A stretch of DNA of 64,000 nucleotides from positions 2,009,696 to 2,073,695 of the forward strand of contig MU058540.1 in assembly GCA_013265495.1 (NCBI GenBank), given 5' to 3'. Under the pieces are notes generated by a model. That model was not told where the DNA came from. It searched no databases and saw only the letters and a program-made list of their open reading frames with translations. This document shows positions 11,970 through 25,088 of the stretch, piece by piece. Origin of the DNA: Vicugna vicugna. Its lineage: Eukaryota. The translations under genes were made by a program, and so were the position numbers. Numbering within the stretch: the stretch's first letter is position 1; every line of letters starts with the position of its first letter.

Positions 11970-14845
11970 GTTTTTATTGTGGTGAAATACATGTAAGATG
12001 AAATTTACCACCTTAACCGTTTTTTAAAGGTTATACTTCTTTTATATTTATTATAAAATATTGGCTGTACTCCCTATGTTGTACAGTATATCCTTGTAGC
12101 TTATTTTATACATAATAATTTGTACTTCTTAATCCCCTATCCCTCCCTCCTTTCCTCTCCCCACTGGTAACCACTAGTATGTTCTCCATATCTGAGTCTG
12201 CTTCTGTTTTCTTTTACTCACTAGTTTGTTGTATTTTGTAGATTCCATGTATAAGTGATATCATACAGTATTTGTCTTTCTGTCTGACTTATTTCACTTG
12301 GCATAATACCTCCAAGTCCATCCATGTTGCTGCAAATGGCAATATTTTATTTTTTACAGCTGAGTAGTATTCCATTGTGTATGTGTGTGTGTGTGTGTGT
12401 ATATACATATATATACACACATCTTTTTTATCCATTTTTCTGTTCATGGACACTTAGGTTGCTTTCATATCTTGGCAATTGTAAATAATGCTGCTAGGAA
12501 CATTTAAAATTAGTGTCCTTGGGTTTTTTTTTTGGATATATACCCAGGAGTGGAATTGCTGGGCCATATGGTAGTTCTATTTTTAGTTTTTTGAGAAGTC
12601 TCATACTCTTTTTTCACTAAGGCTGCACCAGTTTACATTCCCATCAACCATGTACGAAGGTAACTGTTTCTCCACATCTTTGCAAGCATTTGTTATTTGT
12701 CCCCCTTAATCATTTTTAAAATTTTTTATTGAAGTGTAGTTGATTTACAATGTTAGTTTCAGGTGTATAGCAAAGCGATTCAGTTATACATATACATGTA
12801 TATACACACATATATTTTCAGATCACCGTAACCATTTTTAACTGCAGTTCAGTGGTACTAAATACGTTCACATTGTTGTGCAGCCATCACCACCATCCAT
12901 CCTCATAATTCTTTTCATCTTGTAAAACTGAAACTGTATACTTTTTAAACAGTAACTCCCCATTCTTCACTCCCCCCGTCCCCGCCCCTGGCAACCACCA
13001 TTGCAGTTTCTGTCTTTATGAATCTGACTATGTCAGGTACCTCATATAAGTGGAATCATACAGTATTTGTCTTTTTGTGACTGGCTTGTTTCACTTAGCA
13101 TAATTTCTCATGGTTCATCCATGTTCTAGTATGTTGGAGTATTTAAATTCCTTTTGAAGGCTGAATAATAATTCCATTGTGTATATATATATGACATTCT
13201 GCTTATCTTATCTGTTCACTGGTTGATGGACACTCAGTGCTTCATGTATTAACCATTGTAAATAATGCTGCTGTGAACATGGGTGCACAAATATCTTTTA
13301 GAGCCCCAGCCTTTAATACTCTGGGGTATATACCCATAAGTACAATTGCTGGATCATATAGTAATTCTATTTTTAATTTTTTGAGCAACCACCGTATCAT
13401 TTTCCATTTTCCACAGTGGCTGTGCCATTTTACATTCCCACCAACAAAGCATAGGGTTTCCAGTTTATCTACTTCTTCACCAACACTTGTTGTTGGTTTT
13501 TTGATAGTGGCCACCCTGATAGGTGTACGGTGATATCTCATTGTGGTTTTGATTGTAGGCATTTCCTTAATGATTAGTGATGTTGAACATCTTTTCCTGT
13601 GCTTATTGGCTATTTGTTGACTTCTTTGAAGAAATATCCGAGTCCTTTGTCCATTTTTTAATCGAATTGTTGTTGAGTTTTAGAAGTTCTCCAAATAGTC
13701 TGTATGTTAAGCTCTTAGCTGTATGGTTTCTAGATATTTTCTTCCACTCTGTGGGTTGCCTTTTAACTCTGTGGATAGTGTCTTTTGAGGCACAAAATTT
13801 TAAAAATTTTCATGAAGTATAATTTGTCTATTTTTCTTTTGTTACCTGTGCCTTTGGTGTCACAGCCAAGAAATCATTGCCAAATCCAATGTCTTGAAGT
13901 TTTTGTCCAGTTTTTTTCCTAAGAATTTTATTGTTTTAGGTCTTAGGTTTAGGTCCTTGATCCATTTTTGAATTAATTTTTGTATATGGTGTTAGGTAAG
14001 CACCCAACTCCAGTTTTTGCATATAGTTATCCAGTTTCTCCAGCACCATTTGTTGAAAAGACTGTCCTTTTCGCACTGACTGGTTTTGGCACCTTTGTGA
14101 AAAATCGTTTGACTGTATAGGTGAGGGTTTATTTCTGGGCTTTCTTTTTCTTTTCTATTCTGTTGGTCTATATGTATATGTCTTTATATTGACACCACAC
14201 TGGTTTAGTTATAGTAGCTTTGTAGTGAGTTTTGAAATCAGAGCGTGAGCCATCCATTTTTATTCTTTTTCAAAACTGTCTTGTCTATTCAGGGTCACTT
14301 GAGTTTCTACAAGAATTTTAGAATGGCTTTTTCTACTTCTGCAAAAAACATCATTGGGATTTTTATAGGTATTGCATTGAATCTGTAGACTCTTTTGGGT
14401 GGTATTGACACTTTAACAATATTAAGTCTTCCAATCCTTGAACATGAAATATGTTTCTATTTATTTCTGTTGTCTTTCATTTCTTTCAGGAGTGTTTTGT
14501 AGTTCTCATTGTGTAAGTTTTTCACCATCTTGTTTAATTGCTGAGTATTTTATTCTTTCTGATGCTATTTAAATGGAATTGTCTTTGTAACTTCCTTTTC
14601 AGATAGTTCGTTGTGTGTAGAAATGCAGCTGCTTGTGTGTGTTGGCTTTGTATCGTGCCACTTTGCTGAATTATTAGCTCAAACAGCTTTTTGTGTGTGT
14701 GTGTGGAGACTTGAAGATTTTCTACATATAAGATCATATCATCTGCAAACAATTTTACTTTCCCTTTCCAATGTCTTTTATTTATTTTTTTCTTGCCTAA
14801 TTGCTCTGTCTGGAACTTCCAGTACTATGTTGAATAGTAGTGGTG
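11970..14845 (-). mobile_element. L1 (L1MB-like) 3' 2 kb with two nested L1 3' ends
   Basis: ORFs MFADDMILYVEN (RT FADD) and KTTMRYHRTPIR; nested pieces at ~12027-12700 and ~12721-12823. Confidence 0.88.
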
Positions 14846-15690
14846 AAACTGAGTATTCTACCATATTCAAACCGGAAGTCCAACAAAACAATTCTGAAGA
14901 GGAATAGGACTAAACTTGTTCCACCAGCAATCAAGACTTACTGTCAGGCTGTGGTGACTAAAATCATGGTATTAGTGCAGAGACACACACTCACACACAA
15001 CAGAGTTAGCAAACTAGAAAGAAATCCAACACATACAGGAGCCCCAAAGGATGAAGAGCTGGAAAGTACATAGCTGAAAGGTAACTGAGTTACCAGCAGG
15101 GAGGAGGTGGCACCTGCCTATGTAGAGGTTTACAAGAAGAAAGGAGGTGTGTAACACAGAACTTTAGGGAGGCTGAGAAATGTGAGGCCCAGGTGCTTCT
15201 GAAGGGGGAGGTTCAGCATGGGGCTGAGAGAAGGATTAGCTGAAAGTCTTTAAGAGACACCCCTCCACCCCCAGCACAGCCAGGCAGCTATCCTTGCCCT
15301 CTCCAAGCAGAAAACTGGACTCTTCTTTGGTGAGGTTGTGCCATACACACCCTGGGCTCAGTGACCAAGACAGCCTCAGACCTAGCTGAGGATGGAGGGT
15401 GGGAACAACCTGAAGAAGTAGGGATGGAGTGAGCTCTGACGTCAGGGCCCTTCCCTGACTCTAGGACAGCCGGGCTTCCACTCCCCAAGCAGGAAGCAGA
15501 AAAATTCTTCTCTGGAGACATGGACCAGTTCAGGAGGAAAGAGCCACAGAGAAGTCCATTTAGGGGTTCCCAACAGTCTTTCATATGAAAAGATGCTCGG
15601 CCTCACCCATAACTGGGAAAACCCAAATCAAAACAACAGTGAGATACAATGTCCCATGAGACTGGCAGAAAGTAAGATCTGCTGAAGCCT

Positions 15691-15845
15691 GGGGGGAGGG
15701 TATAGCTCAGTGGTAGAGCACATGCTTAGCATGCACAAGGTCTTTGGTTCAATCCCCAGTACCTCCATTAAAAATAAATAAATAAACATAATAAATAAAC
15801 AAATAAAACAAATTACTGACCCCCCAAAACCCAAAACAAACAAAA
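15691..15845 (+). mobile_element. tRNA-derived SINE (Vic-1-like)
   Basis: A box tagctcagtgg and B box ggttcaatcc; approximate TSD aagat(c/t)tgct. Confidence 0.88.
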
Positions 15846-16140
15846 GATTTGCTAAAACCAAATGTTAATAACTATTTAGGGTAATCTGAACTTGTACACA
15901 CACGATGGGTAGATTAACTGGTACAACTACTTGGGAAGCAGTCTGTCAACACCTGGGAAAGCTGCAGAAGCTTGCACCCTATGTAAACTTCCATGCATGG
16001 ATGCGGGAGGCAGGTGTACAAGGACGTACGCTGTGGCACTGTTCATAATAGCACAAATGTGGAAACAACGTGTGTCCCAAGAATGGAATGAATAAATGTA
16101 TAGTTTACACATGGAATAGGACTTGTAGTTAAGTGAATTA

Positions 16141-17190
16141 TGTAGAGGAAGAAAAAGTTTTTCCTCCTTCTAGGTTCTTTGGCTGGTCTAATAATTGACA
16201 CAAGACAGAGACTAACAGGAGAAAAACAAATTTATTTTATACATACAAGGGCTCAAAAAATATAAAGCTCAAAGAAGTGTCCAAAGCAGGAAACTCTAAT
16301 GTCTTTTAGACAAACAGCAAATTTGCAAAGAGTTGACAAAACAAATGGGTTTGGGCTCGGGTAGTAAATAGGTGAAGAAGGAGCAAGGCTGGTTTACACA
16401 GTCTTCTTGGCCCTAAATCCCCAGTCTCTAGTGACAGGGATCCCTTCTACCCTTCTGCTGCAGGGAGGGTACCTTTCCCGTGGGAGATTTGTCTCCTGTT
16501 TTCAGAGAGAAAAGGGAGGGTCAGAGTGTCCCCCTGTTTCTAAAGTACCTTTAATTAAAAAAAAAATCCGTATGTCGAATTGGCACTTTTTTCTTTCTTT
16601 CTCTCTTTTCTTTCTTTCTAATTGAAGTATAGTCAGTTTACAATGTTGTGTCAATTTCTGGTGTACAGCATAATGTTTCAGTCATACATTTACATACATA
16701 TATTTGTTTTCACATTCTTTTTCATTATAGATTACTATAAGGTGTTGAATATAGTTCCTTGTGCTATACTGAAGAAAGTTGTTGTTAATCTATTTTATAT
16801 ATAGTAGTTAGTATCTGCAAATCTCAAACTCCCAGTTTATCCCTTCCCACCCTCTCCCCACCCCCGTAACCATAAGTTTGTTTTCTGAGTCTGCTTCTGT
16901 TTTGTAAATAAGTTAATTTGTATCATTTTTTTTTAAAGATTCCACATATAAGTGATATCAAATGGTATTTTTCTTTCTCTTTCTGGTTTACTTCATTTAG
17001 AATGATGATCTCCAGGTCCGTCCATGTTGCTGCAAATGCCATTATTTTATTCTTTTTTATGGCTGAGTATTATTCCATTGTGTATGTGTGTGTGTGTGTA
17101 CACACACACACCATGACTTCTTTATCCAGTCATCTGTCAGTGGACACAAAGTGACACATTTTGAAGTGGCACATTCTGTTCGCCTTTGAT
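16141..17190 (-). mobile_element. LTR-like element interrupted by an L1 3' end (~16590-17150)
   Basis: Begins with TG; minus-strand AATAAA near 16232; L1 3'UTR motifs inside. Confidence 0.5.
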
Positions 17191-18329
17191 AACATAATAT
17201 CCATTTGAATCTAAGAAAACCAAGTAGAATGAAAAGAGTTGCCAAAGTAACGTTTTCAAGCGGGTTCTTAACTAAGCAACAGAACTGCTTCTAATGTAAG
17301 CAGAAAAAGGATTCATTGGGAAGATGATGGTAGTTCAGAGTCACCAGGAAAGCTGCAGAACCAAGGTCCAGGACCAAACAGTGTCCTGCTGCAGCTGAGC
17401 CCTAGGTCCTTGGGTGGGCACTGCCATTGCTGTCAGGGGCTCTGTCACAGGCCTGTCCCTGACTGAGGTGGGGCAGCCTTCTGGCCTTTTAGCTCTCATA
17501 GTAAAGAGATCGTCCTTCTCCTGGGAAGGGGCCTCAGACACTGAGCAGCCGAAAGAATGACAGGTGGCCACGTAGCTGTCATTTATGTGACTCTCAAAAA
17601 CACCCAAAGCAATAGCCTAGATTGTTTTCAGATGAATACACAGTAAAAATACAAAATCATTCATGGGAATGACACACACTAACTCCAGGATAATAGGTAC
17701 CTCTGAGGAGGGTAGGGTGGGGGAAAAGATGTGGAACCTCTGTGGTATCTGAAACATTTTTATTTCTGAAGAATGAATCGTGTTAATATCTATTTATGCT
17801 TGGTTGTGGGTACGTGGGCATCATTGTTTAGTACACTTACCTGTGTTACAAGAGTTTCCTGATTAAAAAATCACATTGGTGAATCCAAAGTAAAGTGTCA
17901 GGCAACTCAGGTCTCTGCAGGTGTCTTCTTACATAACTGCTGAAATGCAGATTGACCTGCACCCGCAAGAGGAGGGGCAAGGCTTTGCTTGCTCACACCT
18001 ATCTTGCCGGTGTTTTCCAATCCTCTGTGAAGCCTCCGTCTCCATCGGATCAAAGTTGGCAGAGCACTAAAGCTGTGAGACTGAGTAATGCTTGGCCTGG
18101 TGCTGTTTACTGGGAAGGAGTGATTCATTTCATTATCGAAATTCTAAGGCCTTTAATATGCTTGCCAAGAAGTTGTCTGGTTTGGGAGATCAGAGATACA
18201 AACTGGAGAACAAGAATCTCAGAAAAATTGGAAAGATTTTGTGTTTAAAACAAAAATAAAAAACAATGCAAAACTTTTTTGTTCAGACTGTGGCCAGTAA
18301 GAGATAATTAGTCTGTTTCTACATATAAT

Positions 18330-19215
18330 TAAAAAAAATTGAGTTATAGTTGACTTAGAGCATTGTGTAAGTTAAAGGTGAGCAGTATGTCAATTTGATC
18401 CATCTGTATATTGCGACATGATTACTGCCGTAGTGTTAGCTAACACCTCTTTCACGTCACATAGTTATCGTTCTTTTTCTGTGGTGAGGGCATTTAAGAT
18501 CTAGACTCTTAGCTACTTTGAAATTTATAATGCAGTGTTGTGGACTATAATCACTATGCTGTGCATTAGATTTCCAGAACTTCTCTTCTCGTTTAAAGTC
18601 TGTACCCGTTAACAACATCTCCCTGGCTTCCCCTCCCTTCAGCCCCCAGTAACCACCATTCTATTCTGTTTCTTCAGGTTTGGCTTTTTTAGATTCCACA
18701 TATGAGTGATACCATACAGTATTTGTTTTTCTCTGTCTGAGTTATCTCACATAATATAACACCCTCAGGATCCGTCCGTGTTGTCACAATGGCAGGATAT
18801 ATTTCTTTCTCATGGCTGAATACACAGACAGACAGACAGACACACACACACACACAAACATCTTTTTTATCCGTTCATCTATCCATGGACACTTGGGTTG
18901 TTTCCATGTCTTGACTATTGTGAATAATGCTGCATCCATATGTAAGGTTTATTGGTTATTTTTTTAAATTGAAATATAGTCAGTTTACAATATTGTGTCT
19001 GTTTCTGGTGTACAGCATAAAGTTTCAGTCATATATGTACATTATTCCTTTTCATGTTCTTTTTCATGATTGATTACTACAAGATATAGAATATAGTTCC
19101 TTGTGCAATACAGAAGAAACTTGTTTATCTTTTTTTTACTTACCTTTTTAATTGAAGTGTAGTCAATTTTCAATGTATCTGTTTCTGGTGTACAGCATAA
19201 TGTTTCAACATATAA
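18330..19215 (-). mobile_element. Stacked L1 3' ends
   Basis: Repeated attgaa(a/g)tatagtcagtttacaa...tctggtgtacagcataa L1 termini. Confidence 0.8.
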
Positions 19216-19399
19216 GTTTTCATAACAGGAAGTCAGTTTCTCCTTGTTTCTCTCCCCTCCAAATTAATGTCTAGCAAGTATTTAAAGGCTGGAGGTGTGA
19301 AATCACACTGAATTGTGAGCCTGCCAGTGTTATTTCCTGTCCTAGTTTGGTCCTGAACATAGTTTATGGACTATAAAGTGAACTAAATAAATATAAGCT

Positions 19400-20240
19400 A
19401 TCATTATTCAACAACAGAAAACCAAATAACCAGAATTTTAAAAATGGGCAAAGGATTTGAATAGATATTTCTCCAGTGATGATGCACAGAAGACCAACAA
19501 GCATATAAGAAGCTCAAGATCACTACTCATTAGGGAAATGTGAGCCAAAACTTCAATGAAGTCTTACCTTGTAACCATGAGAATGGCTGCCAATCAGAAG
19601 ATAGAAAATAGCAAGTGGTGGTGAGGATGTGGAGAAACTGGCACCTTTTTGCCCTGTTGGTGGGAATGGGAGATCGCATAGCCTCCATGGGAAGCAGTGT
19701 GGTGGTTCTTCAAAAGTGATCCTCTGGTCCAGCAATCCCACTTCTAGGTTTATATCCAAAAGATTGGAAGCCTGGATCTGAGATTTGTACACGTGTTCAT
19801 GGCAGCATTTCTCACAATAGCCAAAAGGTGGAAGAAACCCAAGTGACCATTGATGGATGTATGGATCATGCATACAAAAAATATTATTCAGCCTTAAAGA
19901 AGGACATTCTGACACATGCTACAACAGGGATGAAACTTGAGGACATTTTGCTGAGTGAAATAAGCCCATCACAAAGAGACAAATACTTCATGATCTTACT
20001 GAGGGAAGATGGGGAATCTGTAGTAGTCTGAAAGAGAGTAGAATGGTGGTTGCCAGGGTCTGGGACCCGGGGAGGGTGAGGAGATGGGTTAATGGGTACA
20101 GAGTTTCAGTTCTGCAAGATGAAAAAGTTCTGGAGACTGGTTTGCCCAACAAGGTGAATATGTGTAACAATGCTGAGCCGTACACTTAAAAACAGTGAAG
20201 ACAGTAAACTTCGTGTTTTTTTAAAGCTATAATTAAAATA
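19400..20240 (+). mobile_element. L1MB-like 3' fragment
   Basis: aaatgggcaaaggatttgaatagatatttctc...gagtttcagttctgcaagatgaaaaagttctggag. Confidence 0.85.
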
Positions 20241-23072
20241 TGAGAAGTTAAATAAATATTAGCTATTTTACAAGTGAGGAAAATGAAGACCCAGAGGGAA
20301 GAAGTGACTTGATCAAAATCAGTTCTCAACACAGAGCTGGACCAAATTCCAGGCTGCCGCCACTTGGCCTTTGGGTTCTACTTCCTCAGATGGGTGAGGT
20401 CCTGACCACGGCCCTCCGAGGGACCTCCACTTTGGGGTTGTGACAGTGAAATCACACCACCGAGGCGTATTACCCTGTCCGCAGGGAATCTGGTCTCGGC
20501 CGTCAAACAGCCAACTCAGGTTGTTCCCACACGGCTTGGTTCTGAAGCTCAGATTCACAGCCGGAAGGTGGAAGCTGGTTTGTTCGCTCTCCCGTTGGGT
20601 AACCACTGAAGGCTGTCGTGTGTTAAAAAACTCATAAATATACCATCTTAACCGCCTTAAAATGTAGTTTAATGATCATAAATACGTTCACCTTGTGCAG
20701 CCATCACCAACACCCATCCTCACAAATCTTTTCATCTCATAAATCTGAAACTTTATACCTATAAACTAACAACTGCCTGTTCCCCTCTCCCCGCAGCCAT
20801 TGGAAACCACAGTTACAATTTCTGTCTTTATGATTTTGACTATCCTGGGTACACCTTATAAGTGGAATCATACAGTATTTGTCATACTGTGACTCGTTTA
20901 TGTTACGTAGCATGAGGTCCTCAAGGTTCATTCATGTAGTAGTGTGTGCCAGAATTTCCTTTCTTTTTAAGGCTGAATAATATTCCATTATATGCATATA
21001 CTATGTTTTGCCTATCCATCCATTTGCCTGTCCCTCACTGAGGGACACTTATTACTTCCATGTTTTAGCTGTTGTGAGTAATTCTGCTGCGAACATGGGT
21101 GTACAAACACCCCTTAAAGACCTGTTGTCATTTCTTTTGGACGTGTACCCATAGGTGGGGTTTGCTGGACCATATGGTAATTCTACTTTTAGTTTTTTTG
21201 AGGAACCACCACACTGTTTTCCACAGTGGCTGTACTGTTTTACATTCCCACCGACAGTGCACAAGGGTTCCAGTTTCTCCAGGTCCTTGCCATCATTTGT
21301 TTTCTGTTTATTTGATGGTAGCTGTCACAATGGATGCAAGGTGATGTCTCATTGTAGTTTTGATTTACACTTAACTCTGAGTGATGTTGAGCTTCTGTTC
21401 ATGTGTTTCTTGTCCGTATGTCTATCATTTATGGAGAAATGTCTACTGAAGTCTTTTACCCATTTTTGAATCAATTACTTGTCTTATTATTGAATTTTAG
21501 GAGTTCTCTATATATTCTTGGTATTAACCCCTTATCAGATACATGATTTACAAATATTTTCTCCCATTCTGTGGGTTGCCTTTTTACTCTGTGGTTGGTG
21601 TCTTCTTCTTTTTCTCAATTTTTTCTTTTCCCCCAGTTTTATTGCAATACAGTTGACATACAGCACTGAGTTAAGTTTAAAATGTACAGCGTATCACAGA
21701 GAAAAAAATGTGACAATGAGTGTGTATATGTCCATGAATGACTGAAAAATTGTGCTGAACACTGGAATTTGACACAACATTGTAAAATGATTATAAATCA
21801 ATAAAAAATGTTAAAAAAAATGTACAGCGTACCCCGACTGTCACATCTTGTGAAATGATTCCATAAGTTTAATTAATGTCCATCATCTTGTGTAGATACA
21901 AAAAGAAGGAAAAATGTGTTTTTTCCTTGTGATGAGAACTCTTAGAATCTACTCATAACTCCACCGTATATCATAAAGCAGTGGTAACTAAAATCATCAA
22001 GTTGTACATCACATCCCTAGTACTGATTTATAACTGTTAGTTTGTACCTTTGGACCACTTTCATCCAATTACCCCACCCCCCACCTCTGGTAACCACAGA
22101 TCTGATCTTTTTCTCTGAGTTAATTTTTTACTGAAGTATCATTGATTTACAGTGTTGTGTTAGTGTCAGGTATATAGCAAAGTGATTCAGTTATACACAC
22201 ATACATGTATCTATTCTTTTCCATTATAGGTTATTACAAGATATTGCATATAGTTCCCTGTTCTAAATAGTAGGCCCTTGTTGTTTATTCTATATATAGT
22301 AGTGTGTATTTGTTAATCCCAAACTCCTAATTTACCCCTTTCCCTCTTCCCTTTGGTAACCGTAAGTTCATTTTCTATGTCTGTGAGTCTTTCTGTTTTG
22401 TAAATAAGTTTATTTGTATCACTTTTTTAGATTCTACATATATCTGAGTTTTTTTTTAAAGATTCACATATAAGTGAGATGATACAGTGTTTTTCTTTCT
22501 CTGACTTATTTCACTTAGCATAATACCCTCAAGGTCCATCCATGTTTTTGCAAATGGCAAGATTTCCTCCCTTTTTATGGCTGAATAATGTTCCACTGTG
22601 TATATACCACTACTTCTTTACCCAATCATCTGTCGATGGACACTTAGGTTGTTTCCATGTCTTGGCTATTGTAAATAGTGCTGCAAAGAACATGGGGGTG
22701 CAGATATCTCTTTGACATAGTGTTTTCATTTCCTTTGGATATATTCCCAGAAATAGTATTGCTGAATCATATGGTATTTCTATTTTTAATTTTTTGGGCA
22801 ACCTCCATATGTTTTTCCATGACTGTACCAATTTACCACGCCACCAACAGTGCACAAGAGTTCCCTTTTCTCCACATCATTGCCAGTGTTTATCTTCTTT
22901 TTGATGATAGCCATTCTAATAGGTATGAGGTGATATTTCCGTGTGGTTTCAATTTGCATTTCCCTGATGATTTCCCTGATGTTGAGCACCTTTTCACGTA
23001 CCTGTTGGCCATTTTTATATGTTCTTTGGAAAAATGTTGATTGAGATACTTTGCCCATTTTTAATTGGTTTA

Positions 23073-23412
23073 TAATGACCCTCGAACAATAGGAGTATGG
23101 ACTACAAAGGTCCACTTACATGTGGATTTTTTTGAGTGGTAACTACAGTACTGCATGATCTGTGGTTGGTTGGATCCATGGATGTGGAACTGAGAATAAG
23201 AAGGGCCAACGAGTGGGTAGGGTATAGCTCAAGTTGTAGAGTGCATGCTTAGCATACACAAGGTGCTAGGTCCGATCCCCAGTGCTTCCTCTAAAAAAAT
23301 AATAAACCTAATTAACCCCCCACAAAGGGCCAGCTATAAAGATAAACATGGATTTTTGACTGCTCATTGGAGGGGGGTGCCCCTAATCCCCACATTGCCC
23401 AAAGGTCAACTG
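23073..23412. mobile_element. Tigger2a/MER28-like TcMar element containing a SINE
   Basis: Degraded TIRs tgaccctcgaacaa ... ttgcccaaaggtcaactg with flanking TA; ggtccacttacatgtggattttt motif. Confidence 0.7.
23215..23324 (+). mobile_element. tRNA-derived SINE (Vic-1-like) inside the Tigger element
   Basis: TSD aagggcca(a/g)c at 23201 and 23325. Confidence 0.88.
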
Positions 23413-24939
23413 TATTCATTTTGTTTTTGCTATTGAGTTGTGTGCATCCTTTATATATTTCAGATTTAATCTCTTGTCATATATGATTTGCAAACATTTT
23501 TTTCTGATTCTGTAGAGTGTTTTATTTTGTTGATCATTTCTCTTGCTTTGCAGAAGCTTTTCAGTTTGATGTAGTTTTGTTTGATTATTTTTGATTTTGT
23601 TGCTTGTGCTTTAGGTGTCGTATCCAAAAAGTTATTGCTGAGACCCACATCAAGGAGCATTTTTTCCTGTTTTCTTCTTCTAAGAGTTTTATGGGTTTTG
23701 GTCTTACAGTTTAAATCTTCAGTCCATTTCAAGTTAATTCTTGTGAGTGACATGAGATAGGGGTCTGGTTTCATTCTTTTACATGTGAATGTCTAATTTT
23801 CCCACCATCATTGTATTGAAGAGAGTGTCTTCTCCATTAGGTATTGTTGGCTCTCTTGATAAATGTTAGTTGACCACATATGCATGGGTATATTTCTGGG
23901 CTCTCAGTTCTGTTCCACTGGTATATATATTTGGTTTTGTGTGAGTAGCAAACTCTTTTTATTACAGTAGGTTTGCAATATAGCCTGGAATCAGGAATGA
24001 TGCCTCCTGCTTTGTTCTTCTTGGTCAGGATTGTTTTGGCTATTTGGGGTCTTTTATAGTTCCATATAAATATGTGGAGTATTATTTCTGCTTCTGAAAA
24101 AAATGCCATTGGAATCTTAATAGGGGTTGCATTGAATGTATCGGTGACTTGGGTAGTGTGGGACATTTAAACAATAGTAATTCTTCTACTCCATGGGCAT
24201 GGGGTGCCTTTCCACTTACTTGTGTCTTCTTTGATTTCTCTTATTGATGTCTTATGGCTTTCAGTGCAGAGATTTTTCATCTCCTTGGTTAAATTTATTC
24301 CTAAGTATTTTTGATGTTATTGTAAATGGGATTATTTTCTTAAATTCTTTTTCAGGTAATTCTTGTTAGTATATAAAAGCATTACTGCTTGCTTAATGTT
24401 AACCTAGTATTCTGCAACTTTACTGACGTTGCTCTTAGTTCTAACAGTTTTTTGGTGGAGTCTTCGGGGTTTTGTGTATATAAAATCATATCATCTGTAA
24501 ATGGAGATAATTTTATTTCTTCCTTTTCAATTCTGGTGCCTTTTACTTATTTTTCTTGCCTAATTGCTCTGGATGAGATGTTCAGTACTATGTTGAATAG
24601 GAGTGGTGAGGGTGGGCACCCTTGTTTTGTTTCTGATCTTACAGGAAGAACTGTCAGTTTTTCACTGTTGAGTGTGGTATTAGCTGTGGGCTTGTCATAA
24701 ATGGCTTTTATTATGTTGAGGTACATTTTTTTTCTGTACCTAATTCATTGCTATTTCATTGTAAATGGATCTTGAATTTTGTCATGCTTTTTCTGTGTCT
24801 ATTGAGTTGATCATATGAATTTTTTTCTTTCATTCTATTTGATTTGCAGATGTTGAACTGTACTTGTATCGTTGAAATAAATCCCACTTGATCACGGTGA
24901 ATTTTTCTTTTAATGTAATGTTGAATTCAGTTTCCTAAT

Positions 24940-25088
24940 TTTTTTCCTTTTTTTTTTTCTGTTTTTTAGGGGAGAGGTAATTAGGTTTACTTATGTGGTT
25001 TTTTTTTGGAGGAGGTACTGGGGATTGAACCCAGGACCTTGTGCATGTTAAGCATGCACTCTACCACTTGAGCTATCCCCTCTCCCCC
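24940..25088 (-). mobile_element. tRNA-derived SINE (Vic-1-like)
   Basis: ggaggtactggggattgaacccaggaccttgtgcatg...gagctatcccctctcccc. Confidence 0.88.
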
